From Thermoplasmata archaeon (lineage in GTDB: Archaea; Thermoplasmatota; SW-10-69-26; JACQPN01; JAJPHT01): 57,321 nt of DNA. A program made the translations under genes and the position numbers. The stretch spans positions 1-57,321 of the forward strand of contig JAXDQU010000078.1 in the NCBI GenBank assembly GCA_034667685.1, read 5' to 3'. Below, in pieces: positions 40,331 to 50,089 of the stretch. The stretch's first letter is position 1. Each line of letters starts with the position of its first letter. The notes beneath the pieces are model-generated. The model was not told where the DNA came from. It saw only the letters and a list, made by a program, of their open reading frames with translations, and searched no databases.

Positions 40331-41383
40331 ATGGCGTCCCGGTTCTTCCTGCGCGGCGGCGGAAACTACGCGTACGTGAACGCGCGCGTCCGCGCCAAGC
40401 GCGCGGCGCTCCTCCCCGCGGAGGAGTACCCGAAGCTCCTGCTGCGCGACGCCAACGAGGTCGCGCGCTTCCTGCAGGAAGGCTCCTACAAGGCCGAGAT
40501 CGACGAGCTGGCCGGCCGGTTCCGCGGCGCGGAGCTGGTCGAGCGCGCCACGCGCCTGAAGCTGGGCCGCGTCTACTCGCAGGTCCTGGGCTTCGCCACG
40601 GGCGAGCTCCAGGTCATGATCGCGCAGTACCTGGGCCGCTACGACGCTTCCAACGTGAAGACCATCCTGCGCGGCAAGTTCGCCCGGGCGCGCCCCGAGG
40701 AGATCCTCGCCGAGACGGTCCCCACGGGCATGCTCGTGGACCGGCTCGACGAGCTTTGCCGGCTTGATAGCATCGAGGCCGTGGTCGACGCGCTCCAGGG
40801 CACGCCGTGGGGCAAGGTCCTCGCGGCGCAGACCGAGGGGCGCACGACCTCCAACCTCGTCGCCATCGAGAACGCGCTGGACAAGGCCTACTACGAGAGC
40901 CTCGTCGCCAGCATCCCCACCTCGGGCGCCGCGAACCGCGCCTTCCTGGAGTGGGCGCGCAACGAGATCGACGTCGTGAACCTGAAGACGCTCTTCCGCC
41001 TGCGCTTCGCGGGCGTCTCCGACTGGGAGCCCTACTTCCTGGACGAGGGGCGCGAGGTCGCGCGCGAGACCGCGCAGCGCATCGTGCGCGGCTCCGACGA
41101 CGAGGTCCTCCAGGAGCTTGGCAACCTCTCGCTGGGCGCCGCCGTCGTGGACGCGGCGCGGGCCTCGCTCGCGGCGCGCAACGTGAGCGCGGTCGCCACG
41201 GCGCTCGACAAGGAGCTGCTGCGCGATGCGGACGACTTCAGCCACCGCGCGCCGCTCTCCGTGCTGCCGGTCATCGACTTCATCCTCCGGAAGCGCATCG
41301 AGGCCGACAACCTGCGCGCCATCGCGTATGGCAAGCAGACCGGCCTGCCGAACGCCACCATCGAGGAGTTGCTCAATCTATGA
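40331..41383 (+). CDS. atpC: A-type ATP synthase subunit C
   Basis: YAYVNARVRA, D..NVKTILRGK, EID..NL, E..NLRAIA.GK. Confidence 0.93.
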   Translation: MASRFFLRGGGNYAYVNARVRAKRAALLPAEEYPKLLLRDANEVARFLQEGSYKAEIDELAGRFRGAELVERATRLKLGRVYSQVLGFATGELQVMIAQYLGRYDASNVKTILRGKFARARPEEILAETVPTGMLVDRLDELCRLDSIEAVVDALQGTPWGKVLAAQTEGRTTSNLVAIENALDKAYYESLVASIPTSGAANRAFLEWARNEIDVVNLKTLFRLRFAGVSDWEPYFLDEGREVARETAQRIVRGSDDEVLQELGNLSLGAAVVDAARASLAARNVSAVATALDKELLRDADDFSHRAPLSVLPVIDFILRKRIEADNLRAIAYGKQTGLPNATIEELLNL

Positions 41384-41694
41384 CGAGCGCCAAGGAGATC
41401 GCAGTGATGGGAGGCCCCGACTTCGTGCTCGGGTTCAACCTCGCGGGCGTGCGCCGCACCTACCCCACGGACAGCGCCTCGTTCGCCAAGTCGCTCGACG
41501 GCCTGCTCCACAAGCCCGACAACGTGGGCATCCTCATCGTCCAGGACAGCGACCTGTCCCACCTTCCGCCGCTGCTGCGCAAGAAGGCCAGCGAATCCCT
41601 CGAGCCGGTCATCGTCGCCATGGGCGAGGGCGCCGGCCAGGACGACCTGCGCGAGAAAGTGAAGCGCGCCATCGGCATCGACATCGTGAAGTGA
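41380..41694 (+). CDS. atpF: A-type ATP synthase subunit F
   Basis: EIAVMG..DFVLGF.LAGV...[13 protein letters not shown]. Confidence 0.93.
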   Translation: MTSAKEIAVMGGPDFVLGFNLAGVRRTYPTDSASFAKSLDGLLHKPDNVGILIVQDSDLSHLPPLLRKKASESLEPVIVAMGEGAGQDDLREKVKRAIGIDIVK

Positions 41695-41698
41695 TATT

Positions 41699-43513
41699 AT
41701 GGCCCAAGCTCCCACGACACAGACGCACAACAACCCGGGCGGGCAGACCCGCAGCGGCAGCGAGGGTGGCGCCCGAGGCGCCTCGGGCCGCATTTTCCGC
41801 ATCGCCGGCCCCGTCGTGACCGCCACGGGCATCAAGGCCCGCATGTACGACGTCGTCTTCGTGGGCAACGAGAAGCTCATGGGCGAGGTCATCGAGATCG
41901 CCGGCGAGAAGACGATCATCCAGGTCTACGAGGAGACGTCGGGCATCCGCCCCGGCGAGCCCGTGGCCGAGACCGGCGCGTCGCTCTCCGTCGAGCTCGG
42001 CCCCGGCCTGCTCACCTCCATCTACGACGGCATCCAGCGCCCCCTCGAGGTCCTGAAGGACAAGATGGGCGACTTCATCCTGCGCGGCGTGCTCGCGCCC
42101 GGCCTCGACCACAACAAGAAGTGGGACTTCAAGCCGACGAAGAAGGTCGGCGACGCCGTCACCGGCGGCACCGTCATCGGCACCGTCCAGGAGACGGAGA
42201 CCATCGTCCACAAGATCATGGTCCACCCGGACGTCGGCGCGACCAAGATCAAGAGCATCAACGCCGGCGCCTACACCGTGGACGACGTCGTCGCCACGCT
42301 GGAGAACGGCGCCCAGGTGCAGCTCATGCAGAAGTGGCCCGTGCGCCGCCCCCGCCCGTACGCGGAGAAGCTGCGCCCGGACATCCCGCTCGTCACGGGC
42401 ATGCGCATCCTCGACGGCCTCTTCCCGCTCGCCAAGGGCGGCACCGCGGCCATCCCCGGCCCCTTCGGCTCGGGCAAGACCGTCACGCAGCAGAGCCTCG
42501 CCAAGTTCTCCGACGCGCAGATCGTGGTCTACATCGGCTGCGGCGAGCGCGGCAACGAGATGACCGAGGTGCTCACGGAGTTCCCCCACCTGGAGGACCC
42601 GAACACGGGCAAGGCGCTCATGAACCGCACCGTGCTCATCGCGAACACGAGCAACATGCCCGTGGCCGCGCGTGAGGCGTCGTGCTACACCGGCATCACC
42701 CTCGCGGAATACTTCCGCGACCAGGGCTTCGACGTGGCGCTCATGGCCGACTCGACCTCCCGCTGGGCCGAGGCCATGCGTGAGATCTCCTCGCGCCTGG
42801 AGGAGATGCCCGGCGAAGAGGGCTACCCTGCCTACCTCGCGGCGCGCCTCGCCGAGTTCTACGAGCGCGCCGGCCGCGTCAAGACGCGCAACGGCGAGTT
42901 CGGCTCGATCACCGTCATCGGCGCCGTGAGCCCCGCGGGCGGCGACTTCTCGGAGCCCGTCACGCAGAACACGCTGCGCATCGTCAAGTGCTTCTGGGCG
43001 CTCGACGCGAAGCTCGCCCAGCGCCGCCACTTCCCGGCCATCAACTGGCTCGACTCGTACTCGCTCTACGAGAACGACCTCGCGCCGTGGTACGAGAAGA
43101 ACGTCTCGCCCCAGTGGACCGAGATGCGCAAGTGGGCCGCCAACACGCTCCAGGTCGAGGCCGAGCTGCAGGACATCGTCCAGCTCGTCGGCAGCGACGC
43201 GCTCCCCGAGGAGCAGCAGCTGACCCTTGAGATCAGCCGTGGCATCCGCGAGGTCTTCCTCCAGCAGAACGCCTTCCACCCCGTGGACGCGTACGCGCCG
43301 CTCAAGAAGCAGCTCGACATCCTCATCGCGCTGCGCAAGTGGGAGGGCCTCGCCAAGAACGCGCTCCAGAACGGCGTGCCGCTCGGCGAGATCCTCAAGG
43401 TCAACATCCGCGGCGACCTCGCGAAGGCGAAGTTCGAGAAGGACTGGGACATGGAATACAAGAACGTCCTGTCCTCGCTCGAGTCGCAGTTCGCGAAGCT
43501 GAAGAGCGCGTGA
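41699..43513 (+). CDS. atpA: A-type ATP synthase subunit A
   Basis: [36 protein letters not shown]; no intein. Confidence 0.98.
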   Translation: MAQAPTTQTHNNPGGQTRSGSEGGARGASGRIFRIAGPVVTATGIKARMYDVVFVGNEKLMGEVIEIAGEKTIIQVYEETSGIRPGEPVAETGASLSVELGPGLLTSIYDGIQRPLEVLKDKMGDFILRGVLAPGLDHNKKWDFKPTKKVGDAVTGGTVIGTVQETETIVHKIMVHPDVGATKIKSINAGAYTVDDVVATLENGAQVQLMQKWPVRRPRPYAEKLRPDIPLVTGMRILDGLFPLAKGGTAAIPGPFGSGKTVTQQSLAKFSDAQIVVYIGCGERGNEMTEVLTEFPHLEDPNTGKALMNRTVLIANTSNMPVAAREASCYTGITLAEYFRDQGFDVALMADSTSRWAEAMREISSRLEEMPGEEGYPAYLAARLAEFYERAGRVKTRNGEFGSITVIGAVSPAGGDFSEPVTQNTLRIVKCFWALDAKLAQRRHFPAINWLDSYSLYENDLAPWYEKNVSPQWTEMRKWAANTLQVEAELQDIVQLVGSDALPEEQQLTLEISRGIREVFLQQNAFHPVDAYAPLKKQLDILIALRKWEGLAKNALQNGVPLGEILKVNIRGDLAKAKFEKDWDMEYKNVLSSLESQFAKLKSA

Positions 43514-43522
43514 GCGCCACCG

Positions 43523-43552
43523 CCCGGGGAGCCCCCCGGACGCGTATTTTTT
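43523..43552 (+). terminator. Hairpin plus T-tract after atpA
   Basis: CCGGGG-(GAGC region)-CCCCGG followed by TATTTTTT. Confidence 0.55.
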
Positions 43553-43589
43553 CCAATCAGCTTTTCTCGTGCTTTGCAATCGGGTCAGC

Positions 43590-44741
43590 GTGGACGAGAT
43601 CCCGCCCGCCTTGCCCGACGAGCCGTCTTGGTCAGACGTTGCGGACCATGTCCTTCACCTCGAGGGCTTCACGGATTTTGAGCGGGAGAAGTTGCGCCGC
43701 TCAATCCGCCGGCTGGATGACTCCCTCGGCCCCCAGACGACGTCAATTCGCACGCTCTACTCCCTTGTACACAACTACGCTCCATGGACCCGGTTCCACC
43801 TTGCGCATTTGAGCGATGACCTGCATGACGCTGCGGGCATGGGCAACTTCCAACAGCTGCAGCAACGTCTCAGGGAGGAGGCCCGCTTTGCGGAAGCGCG
43901 ATCCGTCCTCGGTGTCGCCGCGCGGCTTGGGCGAACGGGATTTGACGTATCTTTCGATACACCCGTGCGTGTCCATGGGAACCAGAAGATTCCCGACATC
44001 GCTGCTATCTGGCGGCGAACCGGGGACCGGATCGTCGTGGAGGTTTCCTCCCTTGGTCCGAGCCGCGAGGAAGAGGAGACGTGGCGTTCTTTCCGGGCCG
44101 TGACGGATCTCTTCTGGATGGATCGAGACTTGGCAGCTGCTGGCCGATTGAAGCGCACCCTCTCGGGCGCGCATTTGGAGGTTGTGCTGGGGGAAATCCG
44201 CCGGCTCATGGAGCGAGTTCGACAAACCAAGCAGGCGGAAGAATTCGTCCGAAATGACGTTCTCGATCTGGCTGTGGCACCCCGGGAAGACGAGGTCTTC
44301 CTGAAGCTATGGAAGGCTCAGCACGGACTCACTGGAACGTTTGAGGGCCCAGCATCATCGGGTGACGCGCTCAACCGCGTGATGGGCAAAATCCGTAACG
44401 AGCAGAAACAGCTTCCTCACGACGAACCAAGTTCCATTGTCCTGCACGTTCCGTTGGGTACGTTTGGCTACATGCTCTCGGGGGTCGAGCTCGCGAGGAT
44501 AGCGGCTCGCCTGGAGGAAACCGTCTTCGAGTTTCCTCATTTGTTCTCAGTTGTGCTGCTTTCCGAGAGCTTGAGCATCGGGAAAACGGAGATCGTCCAG
44601 CAGCACGGCGGCCAAGTCCACTTCATGCGGCTGCCTCGGAAATACGTCGAGGAAAGCGGCCTTCTCCTGACAAACCGCCTCTGCGAACTCAAGATGGCCC
44701 TTGCTTCAATCACAGCATGGAACCGTGCCTTTCTCGGGTAG
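43590..44741 (+). CDS. Lower-GC hypothetical protein with a PD-(D/E)xK-like motif
   Basis: Long ORF with many A/T-ending codons; KIPDIAA...IVVEVSSL. GTG start inferred. Confidence 0.7.
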   Translation: MDEIPPALPDEPSWSDVADHVLHLEGFTDFEREKLRRSIRRLDDSLGPQTTSIRTLYSLVHNYAPWTRFHLAHLSDDLHDAAGMGNFQQLQQRLREEARFAEARSVLGVAARLGRTGFDVSFDTPVRVHGNQKIPDIAAIWRRTGDRIVVEVSSLGPSREEEETWRSFRAVTDLFWMDRDLAAAGRLKRTLSGAHLEVVLGEIRRLMERVRQTKQAEEFVRNDVLDLAVAPREDEVFLKLWKAQHGLTGTFEGPASSGDALNRVMGKIRNEQKQLPHDEPSSIVLHVPLGTFGYMLSGVELARIAARLEETVFEFPHLFSVVLLSESLSIGKTEIVQQHGGQVHFMRLPRKYVEESGLLLTNRLCELKMALASITAWNRAFLG

Positions 44742-44986
44742 TCGTGCTCATGACACGTGACGCTGCTGGAGTGACTGGGAAACGCATCGAGTGGCGCTGA
44801 TGCAGCGGGAGCTGCGCCCGCCGAATGCCGCATCGGGCGCCCGCCATGACCCTGCGGCCGACCCAACGTGCGTGCCGACGTCATATTCGCCCGCTACGGC
44901 AAGGCGTTGGGCTGCGAGCACTTCAGCGTGTTCTCCGCCGAGAGCTCGGCATACACATGATTTGGCGCATGCGTAGCGCGTTGGGC

Positions 44987-45541
44987 CTACTGCGGCATCT
45001 CGCCCGCGCCGCCCATGCTGGCCATCGCTTCGGCGCGCATCTTCTCCTTCTCCGCCGCGGTCATCTTGGCGGGGAAGTTGAACGCCCACGCGTGGCCGGA
45101 GGGGTCGCGGAGCTGGCCGTACCAGTCGCCCCAGAACTGCTTCGCGAGCGGCATCGTGACCTTGGCGCCGTTGGCGACCGCGCGCTCCCAGAACTTCTGG
45201 ATGTCCTTGTGGTACACGTTGACCGTGACCGAGGCGCCCACGCGCGCGGGGTCGGCGATCTCGCTGCCGGGGAAGATGTCGGCCAGGAAGATGTTCGAAT
45301 CGCCGATCTTCAGCGCGGCGTGCATGATCTTCGTCGGGCCCGCCATCTGGCGGCTCAATTCCTTCGCGCCGAAGACCTTCTTGATCCAGTCGATCTCCTG
45401 CGCCGCGTTGCTCACGGCGAGGTAGGGCGTGATGGTGCTCGGCTTGGCCTGCGCGGCGGGCGCGCGGGCGGCCTTCTTCGCGGGCCTGCGGGCGGTCTTG
45501 CGGACGGCGGTCTTCCTCGTGGACTTCTTGGCCTTCGCCAT
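44987..45541 (-). CDS. VOC/glyoxalase (PhnB-like) protein with a K/R/A-rich N-terminal tail
   Basis: ITPYLAV.NAA..I.W...VFGA.E, IMHA.L.IGDS, QFWGD.YG...DP.GH.W. Confidence 0.9.
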   Translation of the reverse strand: MAKAKKSTRKTAVRKTARRPAKKAARAPAAQAKPSTITPYLAVSNAAQEIDWIKKVFGAKELSRQMAGPTKIMHAALKIGDSNIFLADIFPGSEIADPARVGASVTVNVYHKDIQKFWERAVANGAKVTMPLAKQFWGDWYGQLRDPSGHAWAFNFPAKMTAAEKEKMRAEAMASMGGAGEMPQ

Positions 45542-45626
45542 AGGAATTTCCCCGGGGGGCCAAGCCCAGCGGACAGCATCAAGGTGACCGCCACCCTTTT
45601 CCCCTTCTTGCCTTACTCCGGCGCGT

Positions 45627-46772
45627 ATGCCCGAGTCCAAAGCGGCCGTGGGTCTCGACGGGGTGGTGGCCGCGCAGACGCGCCTTTCCCTCGTGGACGG
45701 CCAGAACGGCGTGCTCGTCATCGCCGGCTTCCCCGTCGAGGAGCTGGCGCCCAAGGCCTCCTTCGAGGAGGTCGTCTTCCTGCTCTGGAACGACCGTCTT
45801 CCCACCGAGCGCGAGCTGGCCGCGTTGCGCCTGGAGCTGGCCGGCCTGCGGCAGCTTCCCCTCGCCACCGCGCGCCTCCTGCGCGACGCCGCCGCGCAGA
45901 AGGCGCCCGTCATCGACGCGCTGCGCATGGCCGCGAGCACGCTCTCGCTCCAGGCGCATGGCGAGACCGCCTCCAACGATCCCCAGCGGGATGCGAAGGC
46001 GCTCATCGCGCGCTTTCCCGTCATCGTCGCGGCCTACTGGCGCCTGCTCGAAGGGCAGGAGCCGATCCCCGCCGACGCCAACCTGCACCACGCGGCGAAC
46101 TTCCTCTACATGCTGACGGGCAAGGTCCCCTCGGCCGAGCGCGCCCGCGCGCTGGAGACGTACCTCAACACGGTCTCGGACCACGGCTTCAACGCGAGCA
46201 CGTTCACCTGCCGCGTCATCGTGAGCACGCAGAGCGACATGGTCAGCGCCGTCACGGGCGCCATCGGCGCGCTCAAGGGCCCGCTGCACGGCGGCGCGCC
46301 CGGCCCCGCGCTCGACATGGTCTTCGAGATCGGCACGACCGACCGCGCCGAGAGCGTGCTGCGCGAGAAGATCCGCCGCGGCGAGCGCCTCATGGGCTTC
46401 GGCCACCGCGTCTACAAGGTGCGCGACCCGCGCGCCGACGTGCTCAACGCCGCGGCCGAGAAGCTCTACCGGGGAGATGCGGACCGCAAGCTGTACGACC
46501 TCGCCACGCAGGTGGAGAAGGTCGCGCTGCGCGTGCTCGAGGAGGAGAAGCCCGGCCGCAACCTGAAGACGAACGTCGAGTTCTACACGGCGCTCGTGCT
46601 CCACGGCATCGAGCTGCCCACGGACCTCTTCACGCCCTGCTTCGCCATCGGCCGGGTCGCGGGCTGGACCGCGCACGGCTTCGAGCAGCAGGCGCTCGGG
46701 AAGCTGATCCGGCCGCAGTCCGAGTACGTCGGGCCGCGGGACCGGCGCTACACGTCGGTGGATCGCCGATGA
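45627..46772 (+). CDS. Citrate synthase / methylcitrate synthase
   Basis: DHGFNASTF, GPLHGGA, MGFGHRVYK..DPR, NVEFY, R.AGW.AH. Confidence 0.95.
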   Translation: MPESKAAVGLDGVVAAQTRLSLVDGQNGVLVIAGFPVEELAPKASFEEVVFLLWNDRLPTERELAALRLELAGLRQLPLATARLLRDAAAQKAPVIDALRMAASTLSLQAHGETASNDPQRDAKALIARFPVIVAAYWRLLEGQEPIPADANLHHAANFLYMLTGKVPSAERARALETYLNTVSDHGFNASTFTCRVIVSTQSDMVSAVTGAIGALKGPLHGGAPGPALDMVFEIGTTDRAESVLREKIRRGERLMGFGHRVYKVRDPRADVLNAAAEKLYRGDADRKLYDLATQVEKVALRVLEEEKPGRNLKTNVEFYTALVLHGIELPTDLFTPCFAIGRVAGWTAHGFEQQALGKLIRPQSEYVGPRDRRYTSVDRR

Positions 46773-47599
46773 TCCCCAAGCGCAAGTTCGGCCCGACCGG
46801 CGTCGACGTCCCCGTCCTGGGCCAGGGCACGTGGCAGCTGCGCGACAAGGGCGCGGCGCTCGAGACGCTCAAGGTGGGCCTCGACCTGGGCATGACGCAC
46901 GTCGACACCGCGGAGCTCTACCGCGGCAGCGAGGAGGTCGTCGGCGAGGCGATCCGCGGCCGGCGCGAGCAGGTCTTCCTCGTGAGCAAGGTGCTCCCCT
47001 CGCACGCGTCGTTCGAGGGCACGCTGCGCGCCTGCGAGCAGAGCCTCGCCAAGCTGGGCACGGAGCGGCTGGACGTCTACCTCCTGCACTGGAGCGACGG
47101 CTCGCATCCGATCGCGGAGACGATGCGCGCGATGGGCGAGCTGATCGACAAGGGCAAGATCCGGTGGGCCGGCGTGTCGAACTTCGACGTCGAGGAGCTG
47201 GAGGAGGCCAAGTCCGCGCTGGGCCGGCACCGCCTCGCGTGCAACCAGGTGCTCTATCACCTCGACCAGCGCGGCATCGAGAGCGACGTGCTCCCCTGGT
47301 GCAAGCGGAACGGCGTCGCGGTCGTGGGCTATTCGCCCTTCGGCAGCACGAACGGCTTCCCCTCCGCCGCGAGCCGCGGCGGCAAGGCGCTCGGCGACGT
47401 GGCGCGCCGGCTGGGCAAGACGCCCCGCCAAGTGGCGCTCGCGTTCCTCTCGCGCGATCCGGACGTGTTCCTCATCCCGAAGGCCGAGAAGGTCGAGCAC
47501 GCGCGCGACAACGCAGGCGGCGGGCTGACGCTTTCCAAGAATGATATCGAGGCGCTCGACGCGGCGTTCCCGATGAAGCCCGGCTTGAGCTTCCTATAG
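46769..47599 (+). CDS. Aldo/keto reductase
   Basis: LGQGTW, DTAELY, FLVSKV, DVYLLHW, GVSNF, NQVLY, YSP, IPKA. Confidence 0.95.
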   Translation: MIPKRKFGPTGVDVPVLGQGTWQLRDKGAALETLKVGLDLGMTHVDTAELYRGSEEVVGEAIRGRREQVFLVSKVLPSHASFEGTLRACEQSLAKLGTERLDVYLLHWSDGSHPIAETMRAMGELIDKGKIRWAGVSNFDVEELEEAKSALGRHRLACNQVLYHLDQRGIESDVLPWCKRNGVAVVGYSPFGSTNGFPSAASRGGKALGDVARRLGKTPRQVALAFLSRDPDVFLIPKAEKVEHARDNAGGGLTLSKNDIEALDAAFPMKPGLSFL

Positions 47600-47609
47600 A
47601 ATCGTCACG

Positions 47610-47813
47610 TCACTGCTCCATGTCCTCGCTCGACTCCGCCATCTCGCGGATCGTGTCGCCCCGGCGCGCCGGCGGCGACTCGAACGTCTCCTGAAGCTGC
47701 TCCTTCTCGATGTGCGCGTCCGCGTCTGAGTCGTCGGACGAAGACGAGCCGAACTGCGGTTCGGTGGCGTCCTCCTCGGCCATCTCGGGTTTGCGTGGTG
47801 GCATGCCGCTCAT
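47610..47813 (-). CDS. Small acidic disordered protein
   Basis: MSGMPPRKPEMAEEDATEPQFGSSSSDDSD...; ATG overlaps the upstream TGA. Confidence 0.55.
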   Translation of the reverse strand: MSGMPPRKPEMAEEDATEPQFGSSSSDDSDADAHIEKEQLQETFESPPARRGDTIREMAESSEDMEQ

Positions 47814-48142
47814 TCCTCCGTGTCCTCCGTGTCCATCTCGACGAATCCGGTCTCGCCGCTGCGCTTGTGGCCGGGCGGGTTTCGCTCGGCCTCGGCGTCG
47901 CCCTCCTTGCCGCCGCTCGTCTCGCGCGGGCCCTCCGGCTTCGGCAGGTTGGGATCGCGCCACTTGTCCGCGACCTCGTGCGACATCTGGTCCTGCCGCT
48001 GCGTGGTGGGCAGGAAGGACTGGCCCTTCTCGCCCTCGTCGGCGGCGACCGCCATCGGCTTCTTCTCCTGGCGCGCGGCCTCGGTGGGAAGCGGCGGAGC
48101 GTAGGGCCCGACGGGCTCGAACTTCTCCTTCTTTTTCTCCAT
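47810..48142 (-). CDS. Small hydrophilic disordered protein
   Basis: MEKKKEKFEPVGPYAPP...EMDTEDTEE; coupled to neighbours by TGATG/ATGA overlaps. Confidence 0.6.
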   Translation of the reverse strand: MEKKKEKFEPVGPYAPPLPTEAARQEKKPMAVAADEGEKGQSFLPTTQRQDQMSHEVADKWRDPNLPKPEGPRETSGGKEGDAEAERNPPGHKRSGETGFVEMDTEDTEE

Positions 48143-48297
48143 CACGACACGTCCGAGCGTTCCTCGGCGCTCGCGTCCTGCGGCTCCATGGGCTTGCGCG
48201 GCGTGGGCTCGCTGGGCGGGCGCGAGTTGTCCGGCTCGCGCACCCGCGTGGGGTTCGAGCCCTTGCCTGGCTTGACGTTGGGATCGTTGTCGACCAT
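48142..48297 (-). CDS. Small Pro-rich disordered peptide (51 aa, not in the ORF track)
   Basis: Hand translation MVDNDPNVKPGKGSNPTRVREPDNSRPPSEPTPRKPMEPQDASAEERSDVS; stop overlaps the next ATG. Confidence 0.55.
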   Translation of the reverse strand: MVDNDPNVKPGKGSNPTRVREPDNSRPPSEPTPRKPMEPQDASAEERSDVS

Positions 48298-48406
48298 GCG
48301 ATCCTGTGCGGCGCGCGGAGGGTCATGGCTTCTCGCGGATCGATCGATGGCGCGAGGCTCCGGAGCCCTGAGCCCGGAGCCTTGAGTCCAGCGTCCGCGG
48401 CATGCC

Positions 48407-48985
48407 TCAGCGCACCAGCTTGAACCCGATGTTCGGGCCCATCTTCTGCCCGTAGCCGAGCTGGATGTTGAAGTAGCCCAGCGTCTCCATCCAGCGCGCG
48501 TTCTTGAGCGGCCCCGCGTCCACGGGGTCGAAGCCGATGTCGCGGCCCAGGTCGCGCACGAGGTTCTTCGCCTCGTTGTCGTTGCCCGCCACGAAGAGCG
48601 TCAGCTTCTCGCCGTTGACTTCGCCGGTGCTCATGTGCTGCGCGAAGACGGTGTTGAATGCCTTGACGACCTTCGCCCCGTCGGCCCACTTCTGGACCTG
48701 CTCGGCGCCGCTCTCGCGCGTGGGCTCGATGGCCAGGCTCTGGTCGGCGCCGACCGCGTTGGTGACGTCGATGAGCGGCTTGCCCTTGTGCGCGCCGCCC
48801 ATCTCGCGGATGGCGTTCTCACGCTCGCCGAAGGGGACGGCGAGGATGATCACGTCGGCCCACTTCGCGATCTCCGCCACGCGGCCGGGCTCCTTGCCCG
48901 CGGCCTTGACGTCGTGCTTGCGTTGCAGTCCTTCGCGGAGCGCGCCGCCGACGTTGCCATCGCCGATGATGCCGACCTTCGTCAT
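48407..48985 (-). CDS. NADP oxidoreductase, F420-dependent (Fno-like) family
   Basis: GIIGDGNVG, ILAVP, LIDVTN, SGAE, VVKAFN, GFDPVDAGPL. Confidence 0.88.
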   Translation of the reverse strand: MTKVGIIGDGNVGGALREGLQRKHDVKAAGKEPGRVAEIAKWADVIILAVPFGERENAIREMGGAHKGKPLIDVTNAVGADQSLAIEPTRESGAEQVQKWADGAKVVKAFNTVFAQHMSTGEVNGEKLTLFVAGNDNEAKNLVRDLGRDIGFDPVDAGPLKNARWMETLGYFNIQLGYGQKMGPNIGFKLVR

Positions 48986-49062
48986 GCGGACCCAGGTGCT
49001 TGCGGGCGTGCATGAGCGCGCGCACGTTCGGGCAGCCGAGCATAGGCTGTCCTGCCGTTCTT

Positions 49063-49144
49063 CCTCCAGCCACAGAGGACACAGAGGTCACGGAGGGACG
49101 AGAGAAGTCGCCTCTGTGACCTCTGTGTCCTCCGTGGCTGGAGG
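49063..49144. repeat. ~80-bp palindromic element with 9-nt CACAGAGGA units (copy 2)
   Basis: CCTCCAGCCACAGAGGACACAGAGGTCACGGAGG ... CCTCTGTGACCTCTGTGTCCTCCGTGGCTGGAGG. Confidence 0.9.
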
Positions 49145-49158
49145 CGGAGCGACCCGGA

Positions 49159-50055
49159 TCAGACGAGCACGTGGAGCGCTCCAGGGAGGGCCTCGACCGC
49201 ACATGGCGTCCGGCCGTACGCCTCGCCGTCCCCCAGGAGCGGCGAGGGCTCCGCGGGCGCGATCTCGATGCGGCGCGCGCGGGCCACGAGCACCTCGGGC
49301 TGGCCGACGTGGCGCCCCTCGAAGATCATCGGGAAGAGGCGCAGCAGCCGCGCGCGGCCGACCTGGCGCAGCGCGATGACGTCGAGCAGGCCGTCGTCGG
49401 GCGCGGCGTCGGGCGCGATCCGCATGCCGCCGCCGGTGCGCGCGACGTTGCAGACCGCGACGAGCGCGTACGGCCCGTCCTCCGCGCGGCCGTCGAGCGA
49501 GAGCCGCGTGGCGGGGCTGGCGAGACGCGCGACCTCGGGGAAGACCGCGAGCGAGTAGCTCCGCGCGCCGGCCCACTTGAAGCGGCGGTTCGCCAGGTCG
49601 CACACCTTCGCCATGAAGCCGACGCCGAAGACGCCGACGAAGTGGCGCGACTGGCCCGCCTCCCACGCGACGCGGCCGGCGTCGAGCGCGCGCGGCTCGC
49701 CCTTCGCGATGCGCGCGGCGGCGTCCTCGAGGCCCACGACGCCCAGGCTCGCCAGGAAGTCGTTGCCGGTGCCGCCGGGAATCGGGCCCAGCTCGACGGG
49801 CCGCCCGCTGCGCAGGATGCCGTCGGCGACCTCGCTGCACGTGCCGTCGCCCCCCACCACGAGGATGCGCGGGGCGCCTTGGCGCGCCAGCTCCTCCGCG
49901 AGGCGGGCGCCGTCGCCGGGCGCGATGGTGGGGACGGGGCGCGCCGCGATGCCGTGGGCCTTCAGCCGCACGCGCGCGGCCTCCATGCGGCGCTCGCCGC
50001 GGCCGCCGCCGGCGCGCGGGTTGTAGATGAGGGGGACGCCCTGCACGGAGGGCAA
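49159..50055 (-). CDS. Diacylglycerol/lipid kinase family protein (YegS/DgkB-like)
   Basis: IYNPRAGGG, VGGDGT..EV, PGGTGNDF, GGGM.IAP.A..DDG.LDV, DGE. Confidence 0.92.
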   Translation of the reverse strand: MPSVQGVPLIYNPRAGGGRGERRMEAARVRLKAHGIAARPVPTIAPGDGARLAEELARQGAPRILVVGGDGTCSEVADGILRSGRPVELGPIPGGTGNDFLASLGVVGLEDAAARIAKGEPRALDAGRVAWEAGQSRHFVGVFGVGFMAKVCDLANRRFKWAGARSYSLAVFPEVARLASPATRLSLDGRAEDGPYALVAVCNVARTGGGMRIAPDAAPDDGLLDVIALRQVGRARLLRLFPMIFEGRHVGQPEVLVARARRIEIAPAEPSPLLGDGEAYGRTPCAVEALPGALHVLV

Positions 50056-50089
50056 GGAACCTCGGCACGCTTAAGCGCCGGGCCCGGGG

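Noticed and set aside
41699-43513. Intein in atpA
   Set aside because: The sequence is continuous through GSGKTVTQQ and of normal length.
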